From Planctomycetaceae bacterium (GTDB lineage Bacteria; Planctomycetota; Planctomycetia; Planctomycetales; Planctomycetaceae): 64,000 nt of DNA. Positions 51,801-60,494 of the stretch are shown in pieces. Both the position numbers and the translations under genes were made by a program. The stretch is taken from NCBI GenBank assembly GCA_046349715.1, contig JAXMBR010000013.1, positions 13,906-77,905 of the forward strand, given 5' to 3'. Numbering within the stretch: position 1 is the first letter of the stretch; each line of letters begins with the position of its first letter. Under the pieces are notes generated by a model. The model was given only the letters and a program-made list of their open reading frames with translations, made no database searches and was not told where the DNA came from.

Positions 51801-52374
51801 GGTCGCGAATCTCCGCGGCCAATTTTTCCAGCCGGGCCATGAGCCCCGTCCCGTCCTGGTTCAACTTTGCCTCCAATTCGTCATGGCGACGCGACAGCTT
51901 TTCGACATCGCGCTCAAAGACGGCGGGAGGCGACGACTTCGCGGGCAGACCGGCGAGCTTCCGATTCAGCAGCTCGAGGTCTTTGGTGACGGTTTCGAGC
52001 TGACGGGCCAACCCTTGAGACTGTTCCGCCGCTTCGTTGCCCGCGGCCAGTTCCTTGGTCGCGGTCTCCAGAATGCTGAGGGCTTCCTTCTTCGCCTCCG
52101 CATCAAGATCGGCGTCTTTTTCAAATTTTTGCTGGCGGGCGACGATCGCCGCTTTCAATTGCGCGGCGCGCTTGCCAGCTGAAATCTCTTCCGCGTGCGT
52201 GCCCGCTGTCGCCAAAAACCATACCGCGGCGAACAGCACCATCTGAAGGACGATCAAACCGACGCTGGGTGATTTGCCAACCGAACACTCAAGATCGGAT
52301 GGCTGACGCTCAATGGTCGCAAAGACCGTTTGCCGGCGCTGCATCTCGGGCCTCCCTGCCAATAGACGACGCAA
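48874..52374 (-). CDS. MscK/KefA-like large mechanosensitive channel
   Basis: A long N-terminal coiled-coil region, multiple TM helices, and the MscS core [48 protein letters not shown]. The exact start is uncertain. Confidence 0.85.
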   Translation of the reverse strand: [1166 protein letters not shown]

Positions 52375-52461
52375 TTCAGCGCATGGTATCCTCGAAATGC
52401 CCTGAACGTGTCAATTCCGGACTGCGACCCGCACCTTTCATTCCCCCCAGATTGACAACCT

Positions 52462-53631
52462 TTGATGGTTTTGCTTCCGGTTCTTTCTCTGCTGTGCAGC
52501 CTGATCGTCAGTGATGGGGATCCTCTCTACGACGGACGTACTTTGTCCGATTGGCGCACGGTCATCGGTCAAATTCCCTTCGACGATCCTGCCAGCCTGG
52601 GCTATGTTCCTGGCCTGATGGAACTGATGGATGATTCGCGCGTGCCTTGGCGGACCCGTCGGCAGGCGGCGATGACTCTGGGCCGGTTGGGGCCGCTGGC
52701 CAGGGCTGCCATCCCTCATCTGCTGGTCCATTTGGAAGAAATGAATCCGGATGAACCCGATTCCTCGCCTCAACGATGGGCTCTGTCGGCGTTGGCGCTG
52801 TTTGGCCGCGAGGCAAAATCGGCGACGCCTTCCTTGATCCGGCTGTTGACGGCCGACGGGAGTTCGATCCTGACGCAACTGGGATGTCTCGAAGCTTTGT
52901 CACAGATCGGTTCGGCGGACCCGGCGACGATTGAAGCCATGATGTCTTACCTGGAATGCCGATTGTCGCTGGATTCGGACAACGAACGGGAGCTGACCCA
53001 CGCGGCGGCGGAGGCGATTGGTTATGTGGGGCCGGATGCGGCGGTCGCTGTTCCGGTGTTGTTGCGAGCCGCCCAAGCCGATGATGACGTGTTACGGCAC
53101 GCCGCCTTGGCCAGCCTGGGCCGCATTGGGTCCCGGGCCGAGGGGGCGATTCCGGTGGTGTTCGACTTGCTCGTCGACGACGAATCGGAGTTCGTGCGCC
53201 AAGCCGCTGAAAAAACGCTGGGGCAAATCGGTCACGCGTCGTGGCCGTGGGTGCAAACTTTGCTGGATGACGAAGACGGCGGGCTGCGGGAACGAGGAGC
53301 GACGATTGTCAGCGGGTGGACTGGCGCACGGATGGAAATCGTGCCGAGAATCGAACGGCTACTGAGTGACCCCGAGCCGCGGGTCCGTCTGGCGGCGGCG
53401 AAAAGCTGGCGTTCCCTGACCCGCCGTCATGATCTGATCTGGCCGGTGCTGATCGAACTCCTCACCGAAGGAGATCGTCAGATCCGGCGGGGAGCATCGC
53501 AGGAATTGCAGGCAATCGTGACAGCGGGGGCCGTCAGTGATCACGAATTCCGGTTGCTGCAAAGCGACCCGCGTTCTCACGTCCGGCAGGAAGCGATACG
53601 GCTGCTGCGGCTGCGTCGAATATCGAAATAG
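52462..53631 (+). CDS. HEAT-repeat protein
   Basis: YDGRTLSDW, then repeated units of the R..A...LG..G..A..A.P.L type (RRQAAMTLGRLGPLARAAIPHL, VRQAAEKTLGQIG, VRLAAAKSW, VRQEAIRLL). Confidence 0.75.
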   Translation: MMVLLPVLSLLCSLIVSDGDPLYDGRTLSDWRTVIGQIPFDDPASLGYVPGLMELMDDSRVPWRTRRQAAMTLGRLGPLARAAIPHLLVHLEEMNPDEPDSSPQRWALSALALFGREAKSATPSLIRLLTADGSSILTQLGCLEALSQIGSADPATIEAMMSYLECRLSLDSDNERELTHAAAEAIGYVGPDAAVAVPVLLRAAQADDDVLRHAALASLGRIGSRAEGAIPVVFDLLVDDESEFVRQAAEKTLGQIGHASWPWVQTLLDDEDGGLRERGATIVSGWTGARMEIVPRIERLLSDPEPRVRLAAAKSWRSLTRRHDLIWPVLIELLTEGDRQIRRGASQELQAIVTAGAVSDHEFRLLQSDPRSHVRQEAIRLLRLRRISK

Positions 53632-53632
53632 G

Positions 53633-55981
53633 TCAGTGAATTCCTGCGGAGCCGACTGCGCGAACGAGCTTGTCGCGATCGAGATACACGATTTCAGTGG
53701 CAAACGACTCCTGCTGACGGTGAGGAATCGGCTGCTCAAGGTCGTAACGAACGGTGCACCGGTATTGGCAGTGCATCCGCTGCGCATCGCCGACCAAGGG
53801 ATAATGGCGGGGCTGATCCAACCGGAGCAGGAGCGGTTCCACCGTGACCTGGACGTTCTGGCGGCTCCGCTCCGGCAGTGCGGCGAGAACCTCCGCGGTG
53901 CTCGGAGCCTCGGAAACGAGGATCGGCGCTGTCGATGGCAAATCGGCATGCGTGCTCAATGCGGAATTCGAATCCGCCCCGATTGATTCGCCGCATAGCA
54001 TGAACTGCGTGGCTCCTCCGTTGATGCTGGAATAAGAGGCTCGCACCTCGAATTCCTTGAGCTGTTCCGCAAGTTTCGGCTCGACCACGAAGCTGATCGA
54101 GTTGATCCACACATTTTCCGAGGAATTGCCGACAGTCGAAGCGTCGTGGTCGATGCGCCGGGCGCTGAATGCGGCGACTTCCAGATGGGGAAATGCGAGT
54201 TGCGGCTTGTAACCGTTGTCTCCGGAGACCATTTCAAACAAATCGACTTTTGAACCGACTTTCAAGGCCCCCGCCGGCACCTGCCAACTGTGGGGGATCA
54301 GAGTGACCAATCGTTTTCCCGGAGGAATCGCCACTCCCGCTCCCTGCCGGGTCGAAGCAGGCTGTTGAATCGGCGCGGCTTTGTCGCCGCACAGCAGAAA
54401 TTGCAAGCCTCCGCTGAGTTCCGCCGACTTCAATGCCAGCGCTTGCTCTGGCGTCACAATCAAACTGAGCGAGTTGACGTGCCATGACGTGGGATGCACA
54501 AAACCAGCCGATGTCAGCGGCGTGACATCCGGCCAGACGACTTCCATCTCTGAGTAGGCGACTTCCCATTGGGTGCCTTGAAAACGCAAGATATCGACAC
54601 GACTCCCCGATTTGATGGCTTGCACAGGAACTTGCCAATTATTGGCGTTCAGCGTGATCAGTCGCATGCCTTCGGGAATCGCCAACGACGGCGTTTCGGC
54701 TTGCTGCTGTTCCGAGTGTTGTTGCTGCGATTGTTTGGCTTCCCGCAGCTTTTCCAGGATCTCTTCGATTTTGCGATGAACCGCCTGATTGTGGCGGACG
54801 ACGAGCAACCCCTCGAAGGCATTCAACGTCCCGCCCGGTTCATCTTCATCCCCCTGGCCTACTTTCCAGGTGGCATTCGTGGCGCTGCGAATGACGGTCA
54901 TCAATCCGCCAATCCCTTTTGCGAATCCGGGCCGGCCCAGCATGCCGCCACCCATTCCACCCATGCCGCCACCCATGCCTTGCGTCTGCGGTGAATTCGC
55001 CTGAGGGGGGCTGGAATTGCCCACACCTTGGCCTCCGCCGAACTGTCCCATGACGGCGGCGCTCAATTCGACGGGAACGCTGAACATCCCGCCCAAGGCA
55101 CCACCGCCGCCCATTCCGCCGCCCCCCATGCCACCGCCACCCATGCCGCCCATCATCCCCTGGTTCATGTCGCCGGCTTGCTGTTCCCCGGAAGACTCGG
55201 CGATCAGATCGCGGCAATCGTAGACGCGGACTTCATAGTCGGCAGCGCTGTCCGTGATCAGGATCACGCCGTCTTTGATTACATAAGTCAGGCTCGGCAG
55301 GCCGGCCTGTCTCAAAATGAGTTCCAACAACGTGCGACCGGTGAGTGAGCCGCCGCGGGCGGAGACGACGAACGGGAAATTGGGAATCGAATCGTTGAGC
55401 CGATCGATCAGAATGTCCGCGTCAATCAGTTGTTCGATGTCCTTTAAACTCCCTTCGAAGAAATCCTGCGCGTCTCCTGGAGTGCCATCGACGCCGTGAG
55501 CGATCTTAATGTCCTGCTTGATCAGCGTTTCGAGCTTCGCCTCCAGTTTTTTACGGAGTTCCGATTTCTCGTCGACGCGCTGGCCTCCGGGGAATCCGCC
55601 GACCGGTTGATCCGGTTGCGCCTGAGCGACGGCCCGCGCCAGCATCGGCGGATGATCGGGCCGGTGGGGCCACATCAGCGACACGAGCGAAAAAATTCCC
55701 GCGACCGCGACGAACGAGCCGAGCGAGTACCGCATGATCAATCTCCGACGACGAAGGTGATGGGGTAAAGTGAATTGCCAGGCGAGCGCCCCGGCGTCGC
55801 CGAATTCGTCGAGCGCCAAGCGAATCGCCTCTTCGCGCGATTTCCCCTGGGCCGTCAGTTCGGCGAGCCGATCTTCGAGATGCACGCGCAGCTCCTCAGC
55901 GATGTCAGCCTTCTGGCCGCTGGTGAGCTTGAGAAACTTCGACATCAACGACAGGTAGATTTCGAATTCAGGTTCGGACAT
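53633..55981 (-). CDS. Membrane protein: PadR-associated N-terminal helical prefix + TM + planctomycete secretin-N-like module + G/M-rich linker + two CpaB/SAF-like repeats
   Basis: MSEPEFEIYLSLMSKFLKLTSGQKADIAEELRVHLEDRLAELTAQGKSREEAIRLALDEFGDAGALAWQF, then a TM helix (YSLGSFVAVAGIFSLVSLMW). The module LTYVIKDGVILITDSAADYEVRVYDCRDLI...LLVVRHNQAVHRKIEEILEKLR is interrupted by GGMGGGGMGGGGMGGGG (nt 54932..55180). Duplicated units IPEGMRLITLNANNWQVPVQAIKSGSRVDIL and IPPGKRLVTLIPHSWQVPAGALKVGSKVDLF follow. Confidence 0.75.
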   Translation of the reverse strand: MSEPEFEIYLSLMSKFLKLTSGQKADIAEELRVHLEDRLAELTAQGKSREEAIRLALDEFGDAGALAWQFTLPHHLRRRRLIMRYSLGSFVAVAGIFSLVSLMWPHRPDHPPMLARAVAQAQPDQPVGGFPGGQRVDEKSELRKKLEAKLETLIKQDIKIAHGVDGTPGDAQDFFEGSLKDIEQLIDADILIDRLNDSIPNFPFVVSARGGSLTGRTLLELILRQAGLPSLTYVIKDGVILITDSAADYEVRVYDCRDLIAESSGEQQAGDMNQGMMGGMGGGGMGGGGMGGGGALGGMFSVPVELSAAVMGQFGGGQGVGNSSPPQANSPQTQGMGGGMGGMGGGMLGRPGFAKGIGGLMTVIRSATNATWKVGQGDEDEPGGTLNAFEGLLVVRHNQAVHRKIEEILEKLREAKQSQQQHSEQQQAETPSLAIPEGMRLITLNANNWQVPVQAIKSGSRVDILRFQGTQWEVAYSEMEVVWPDVTPLTSAGFVHPTSWHVNSLSLIVTPEQALALKSAELSGGLQFLLCGDKAAPIQQPASTRQGAGVAIPPGKRLVTLIPHSWQVPAGALKVGSKVDLFEMVSGDNGYKPQLAFPHLEVAAFSARRIDHDASTVGNSSENVWINSISFVVEPKLAEQLKEFEVRASYSSINGGATQFMLCGESIGADSNSALSTHADLPSTAPILVSEAPSTAEVLAALPERSRQNVQVTVEPLLLRLDQPRHYPLVGDAQRMHCQYRCTVRYDLEQPIPHRQQESFATEIVYLDRDKLVRAVGSAGIH

Positions 55982-56043
55982 GGTGGAAATTCCTAATGAC
56001 TAAGCCCCAATGTCAAAATTCGACTTTGGCCCGCCCCCGTTCG

Positions 56044-56299
56044 GTTCGGCACGCGTCTACCGACCCCTCAGTTCGGCGCGGGTCTCCCGACCCCGCCGAA
56101 CTGTCTCTTCGGTCTCCTGACCGCTGTCATTTCTGGGCGCAAACGATCCATACCGGCGGTCGGGAGACTGCAAACCGATTCCGGCGAGGTCAGGAGACCT
56201 GCGCCGAACGAAGACCTGCGCCGAACGAACACCCGCGCCGAACGAACACCCACCGGCGAGGTCGGGAGACCTGCGCCGATCACACAGACGTTCGCCGAA
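56044..56299. repeat. Inverted array of about 22-nt repeats with palindromic core GGTC(G/A)GGAGACC
   Basis: Copies in one orientation: 56044..56065, 56071..56092 (gttcggcgcgggtctcccgacc) and the core 56111..56122. Copies in the opposite orientation: 56158..56179, 56188..56209 (ggtcaggagacctgcgccgaac), 56260..56281, plus partial copies at 56213..56226, 56232..56243 and 56288..56299. A 27-nt direct repeat, ccggcgaggtc[a/g]ggagacctgcgccga, occurs at 56181 and 56253. Confidence 0.6.
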
Positions 56300-56378
56300 T
56301 AAGTGGCCGCGTCGAACCAAGACCTCCACCAACCTGAATTTTTTTGACATTTGGATTTTGGCATTCGACATTGCAACC

Positions 56379-56735
56379 TCACGCCAACTCGGGATTCATC
56401 ATGCGCAGCGGCGCGAGCACGGTTTGGATACAAGCGACGTACTGGTCCCATTCGCGGGCCTGCGCGACGAGCCGTTTTTTTCCGGGCGGCGTCAACTCGT
56501 ACCATTTTCGCTTCCGACCTTCGGTGTTGTCCCACTTGCTGCGGATGTAGCCGTCGGACTCCAGCCGATGCAACAGGGGATACAGCGTGCCGGCCTGCAC
56601 CTGAACGAGGTCGCGACTGGCGTCGCGCAGCTTCTGCTGCAAGTCGTACCCATAGGTGGAACCGCGGGACAGAATCGACAGGACCATTAAATCGAGGCTG
56701 CCGCGCAGCAGATCGGGTCCGAAGCGTTGCGTCAT
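56379..56735 (-). CDS. PadR family transcriptional regulator
   Basis: LRGSLDLMVLSILSRGSTYGYDLQQKL...VQAGTLYPLLHRLESDGYIRSKWDNTEGRKRKWYELTPPGKKRL. ATG at 56735 with GGGAGA upstream. Confidence 0.9.
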   Translation of the reverse strand: MTQRFGPDLLRGSLDLMVLSILSRGSTYGYDLQQKLRDASRDLVQVQAGTLYPLLHRLESDGYIRSKWDNTEGRKRKWYELTPPGKKRLVAQAREWDQYVACIQTVLAPLRMMNPELA

Positions 56736-56770
56736 GAGCGGGGTCTCCCAAGATCTTCCTGACGCGGGAT

Positions 56771-56799
56771 ATATTGCCACGCGATATATCGCCTGTCAA
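56771..56799 (-). promoter_or_regulatory. Candidate padR promoter with a palindromic operator in the spacer
   Basis: The minus strand reads TTGACA (56799..56794), a 17-nt spacer containing the perfect 12-nt palindrome GCGATATATCGC (56781..56792), then CAATAT (56776..56771). This lies about 40-60 nt upstream of the padR ATG. A GATATAT direct repeat occurs at 56768 and 56783. Confidence 0.3.
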
Positions 56800-57198
56800 T
56801 ACATTGTGGATGAGAAATTTCGCTGTGCGCGGAAAAACTCGAACGACGCCGTTCGCGGCAGGTTTTGTCGTGGTGACGGCCGCGACAAACGAACAAGTGA
56901 ATCTGCTGGTAAGATCCCAGGCGTCGAACCGGGATGGAGAGGATTCCCTAAGGAGTAGGCTCGGAATTCGTCCGTTCCGATTGCAGGCGCAAGCGAATCC
57001 CTTAAAATGAGCGTACAGTGAGCGACTGCCTCGGCGCCTCGCCGAGATTGAGGCGTTCCATCCGCCCTGGAATCACAAACTGAGCGAGCAAGAAGGAACG
57101 CGTTTTCGCGGTGACGACATCCTGCCCAGCAGAATAAGCCTGGCGCCATAACATCATTGACAGCAATAGCTTTGAGTTGAATGCCGGAGTGTTTTTCT

Positions 57199-58377
57199 AT
57201 GAGAGTTTTATCGGTGGTGCTGGCGGTCGCGCTGGGTGTGGGAGGCATTGCGGCCGCGTTTTGGTATGGCGGCCATCAGCCTGGGCAAATTAAAGACGCG
57301 ACCAGTCCAGGCGGATTCCACGATGACAGCGTGGGACCGCCGGTTTCCGCGACGGGTCCCTATCCGCATGCGGAGGTTGGAGGAAGTCGCGAACACAATT
57401 TCGGCGTGCTGATGCAGGGAGCCACGGGGAAGCACGTGTTTACGATTCGCAATACCGGGGAAGCGCCGCTGGAACTGATGGCGCGGAAAGAGGACCGCAC
57501 CTGTCAATGCACGGGAGCGACCCTATCGGACGAGGGGCCGGTGCCACCGGGAGGGGAAGTCGCGATTACGGTGAATTGGGAGGTTAAGTCGGACGCGGCG
57601 CAGTTCCGCCACCTGGCCAAAATCCGCACGAACGATCCGCAAAATCGGATCATCGAACTCGTAGTTTTTGGGCGGGTGGACAGCGAATATCATATTGAGC
57701 CGTCGCAATTGATCGAGTTGGGGGAAGCGCTCGACGACCAGCCGGTCAGCGGCAAAGCGGTGATTTACTCCCGCACTCGGGAGCAGTTTGGGCTGTTGGA
57801 CGCGGTGGCTTCGGAACCGCGGTTGAATTGCACCTGGCAACCCTTGAGCGAAGAACAATTGCAGCAGTACGAAGCAAAATCAGGGTACGCGCTGTCGTTT
57901 CAGATGGATCCGAAGGGTGTCGTCGGGATGGTGTCGGAATCGTTGCGATTGCGGTCGGATGAAAAAGGTGAAGACGGGGAGCCGCTGCTGCTGGCGAAAA
58001 TCAGCGTGCGATTGAAGAAACCTGGCCCGATCGAGGTCATTGGACGAAATTGGGACGATGAGTACGGACGCCTGGCGCTGGGCGAGTTTCCGGCGAAAGA
58101 AGGAACAAGCGGCGAGCTCAGCGTATATGTTCAGTTGGAGGGAGCTTTGGGGTTAGAGTCGGTCGAGCCTTCGGACAGCGGGATCGGCATTACCTGGGAG
58201 AAGGATGAGCGGTTCCAGAGCAAGGAGGGCAATCGGCAGCGCTATAAATTGCGCGTGCAAATTCCGCCGGGTTCCCCAGTGAATCGACAGCGGAGTTTGT
58301 CGGAAAAATTGATCCTGAAGTTCGATCGACCGGAGATCGGCAGCTTGCAATTGCGGGTGGATTATTTGTCACTCTGA
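57199..58377 (+). CDS. DUF1573 domain protein, membrane-anchored
   Basis: MRVLSVVLAVALGVGGIAAAFWY and the DUF1573 signature HNFGVLMQGATGKHVFTIRNTGEAPLEL. Confidence 0.8.
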   Translation: MRVLSVVLAVALGVGGIAAAFWYGGHQPGQIKDATSPGGFHDDSVGPPVSATGPYPHAEVGGSREHNFGVLMQGATGKHVFTIRNTGEAPLELMARKEDRTCQCTGATLSDEGPVPPGGEVAITVNWEVKSDAAQFRHLAKIRTNDPQNRIIELVVFGRVDSEYHIEPSQLIELGEALDDQPVSGKAVIYSRTREQFGLLDAVASEPRLNCTWQPLSEEQLQQYEAKSGYALSFQMDPKGVVGMVSESLRLRSDEKGEDGEPLLLAKISVRLKKPGPIEVIGRNWDDEYGRLALGEFPAKEGTSGELSVYVQLEGALGLESVEPSDSGIGITWEKDERFQSKEGNRQRYKLRVQIPPGSPVNRQRSLSEKLILKFDRPEIGSLQLRVDYLSL

Positions 58378-58444
58378 ACGGGAATCGAGTGAATATCCCT
58401 GTTCCGGCGACAAGAACGACGGTTTCAAGGAGGAGCGTGCAATA

Positions 58445-60001
58445 TTGACCGACTTCGGGAACTCTCATCTCTGTCGGGCGGCGTCCGCCGCCTTGTGCTG
58501 CGCCACCAATCTGTTGCCGATGCTGGCCGGCTGTGATGCCGCTCCGAATCTGGGAAAGACGTCCGAAGCGGCTCCTAAGCCCGGCGTGCGTGCTGAGACT
58601 CCGGCACGGCCCTATCTCGAGAATTGGAGCCCTCCCTCGGCGACTCTGATTTTGTCTGGAGAAACTCATGGCTACATGGAGCCGTGCGGGTGTTCGCCGA
58701 CTCAATCGGGCGGATTGGCTCGACGCGCCAATTTTTTGAAGAAGCTGGACGAGCGGCGCTGGCCCTACGCGGGTCTGGACGTGGGCGGCACCTTGAAACG
58801 CTTCAACCGCCAGAGCGTGATCAAATTCGAATCCATTCTGACCGGCATGAAACAACTCCGGTATCTGGGCCTGGGATTAGGGCAGGAAGAGTTGCTGTTG
58901 GGCGCCGATTATTTGCTTGCCCAGCAGCAGGAAACGCCCGACGCCGTCAGCCTGATGGCGTCGAATGTGGTCTTTTTCGACTCGCCGGATCTGGGGACGC
59001 CGCTCCCCGCAAAAATCCTGACCGTGGGCGGCGTCAAGATCGGCGTGACGGCGGTCCTGGGAGCGTCGTTGAAAAACAAGATTGCGCCGGAAGGCGTGAT
59101 GTCGCATATCAGCATCTCGGACCCTGCCGCCGTGCTCCCTCGAGTCGTTCAACAGTTGCGTGCGGAAAATCCGGCGTTTCTCGTTCTGTTGTCTCACGGT
59201 ACCGTCGACGAAGCCAAACAATTGGCGGAAAAATTTCCGGAATTCCGCATCATTTTGACGGCCGGCGGGCCCGAAGACGCCTCGGGCAAGCCGATCGTCG
59301 TCGGCCAGACTATGATCCTGGAAACCGGCGCGAAAGGCCGCTCGGTCGGCGTCCTGGGCTATTATCCGCAAAATCCGGCCAACCCGTTTCGATTTGAACT
59401 GGTGGAATTGGACAGCAAGCGATTTGGCTTCGATCCGCGCATGGTCAAGCTGATGCGCGACTATCAGCATCGCTTGGAAACTGAGAATCTGGTGGCGAAA
59501 ATAAAGCCTCTGCCGCACCCCAGCGGTTGGAAATTCGTCGGTGCGGAAAGTTGCGGCGAATGTCACGCCCGCTCATACGAGAAGTGGAAAGAAACCGGGC
59601 ATGCGCGGGCGTATGAGACGTTGGTTCACGGCCGCAAAGGGGAAGAGCAGACGTGGGTCCCGCGGATCCATGATCCGGAATGCCTGACCTGCCATTCCAC
59701 CGGGTGGAATCCTCACCAGTTTCAACCGTTCGAGTCGGCGTTCCGGTCGCTGGAAGCGACGCCCCATCTTAAGGGGCAACAGTGTGAGGACTGTCATGGT
59801 CCCGGGAGCAAGCACGTCGAATTGGAGCATGCCGGCGCAGCCGCGGCACCCGACGAGATCCAAAAAGTTCGCAAGGTGATGCATCGCAACATCGCCGATG
59901 CCGAGAAGCAAGTTTGTACCCAGTGCCATGATCACGAAAACAGTCCGAACTTCGAGTTCAAGACCTACTGGGAACAGATCAAACATCCGTGGAAAGACTG
60001 A
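58445..60001 (+). CDS. Lipoprotein with a metallophosphoesterase-like N-domain and a C-terminal tetraheme c-type cytochrome domain
   Basis: Lipobox LLPMLAGC. SGETHGYMEPCGCSPTQSGGLARRANFL. Four CXXCH motifs: CGECH, CLTCH, CEDCH, CTQCH. The TTG start at 58445 is preceded by AAGGAGGAG. Confidence 0.85.
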   Translation: MTDFGNSHLCRAASAALCCATNLLPMLAGCDAAPNLGKTSEAAPKPGVRAETPARPYLENWSPPSATLILSGETHGYMEPCGCSPTQSGGLARRANFLKKLDERRWPYAGLDVGGTLKRFNRQSVIKFESILTGMKQLRYLGLGLGQEELLLGADYLLAQQQETPDAVSLMASNVVFFDSPDLGTPLPAKILTVGGVKIGVTAVLGASLKNKIAPEGVMSHISISDPAAVLPRVVQQLRAENPAFLVLLSHGTVDEAKQLAEKFPEFRIILTAGGPEDASGKPIVVGQTMILETGAKGRSVGVLGYYPQNPANPFRFELVELDSKRFGFDPRMVKLMRDYQHRLETENLVAKIKPLPHPSGWKFVGAESCGECHARSYEKWKETGHARAYETLVHGRKGEEQTWVPRIHDPECLTCHSTGWNPHQFQPFESAFRSLEATPHLKGQQCEDCHGPGSKHVELEHAGAAAAPDEIQKVRKVMHRNIADAEKQVCTQCHDHENSPNFEFKTYWEQIKHPWKD

Positions 60002-60113
60002 TCAGATCGCAACGACCGCTGGGACATCGTCCAGAACGTTTGGCGAGTTGTGACCGGAGATCGCCGGCTTTGATCGTGTAGGAACGGATGAGCGATCGCA
60101 AGCGCCGACGGAA

Positions 60114-60494
60114 TTACGTCCTGGCACGCTGGCGAAGTATAAAGTCATATAAGCGTTTTGCGGCCGGTTCCCAGCGGCCCTCTCGCGCCTGGGCAATCGT
60201 ATCGTCGAGAAACCTGGCAGAGGCGGCTGGCAGCCGGCTTTCGTCGCGCAGCAGGTGCAAGCGTTGTTCGCAATCGTCGATCCAGGTCGAATTTCGGCTG
60301 GTCAGAGCGGTGAACAGCGCGTCGACGGTCCGAACGACGTCGTCATCATCTCCCAGCAGGGGAGGCGGCAGTCGGCTCCAAAGAACCAGGCAGACAGCCA
60401 GCACGCCCATAGCGCCGATAGCAATGATGGCCGTTCGACGATTCGCTAAGCCTTCCGACGGCGGAACGGGGCGAACTTCGCGGCTATTCGCCAT
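60114..60494 (-). CDS. Hypothetical single-pass membrane protein downstream of the DUF1559 gene
   Basis: The ATG at 60494 overlaps the DUF1559 stop by 11 nt. TM helix TAIIAIGAMGVLAVCLVLW. No recognisable domain. Confidence 0.45.
   Translation of the reverse strand: MANSREVRPVPPSEGLANRRTAIIAIGAMGVLAVCLVLWSRLPPPLLGDDDDVVRTVDALFTALTSRNSTWIDDCEQRLHLLRDESRLPAASARFLDDTIAQAREGRWEPAAKRLYDFILRQRART

Noticed and set aside
56044-56299. Possible CRISPR array, because of the closely spaced about 22-nt repeats
   Set aside because: The copies are in both orientations, some are partial, and the spacing is irregular (0-45 nt). There are no unique spacers of regular length and no cas genes in the window.
55996-56799. 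ORFs 55996..56337 (+), 56057..56371 (-) and 56068..56799 (-) across the padR spacer
   Set aside because: Their sequences (RSPDLAG, GRETCA, RRGQETCAE repeats) are just translations of the 22-nt repeat array. The longest also overlaps padR out of frame.
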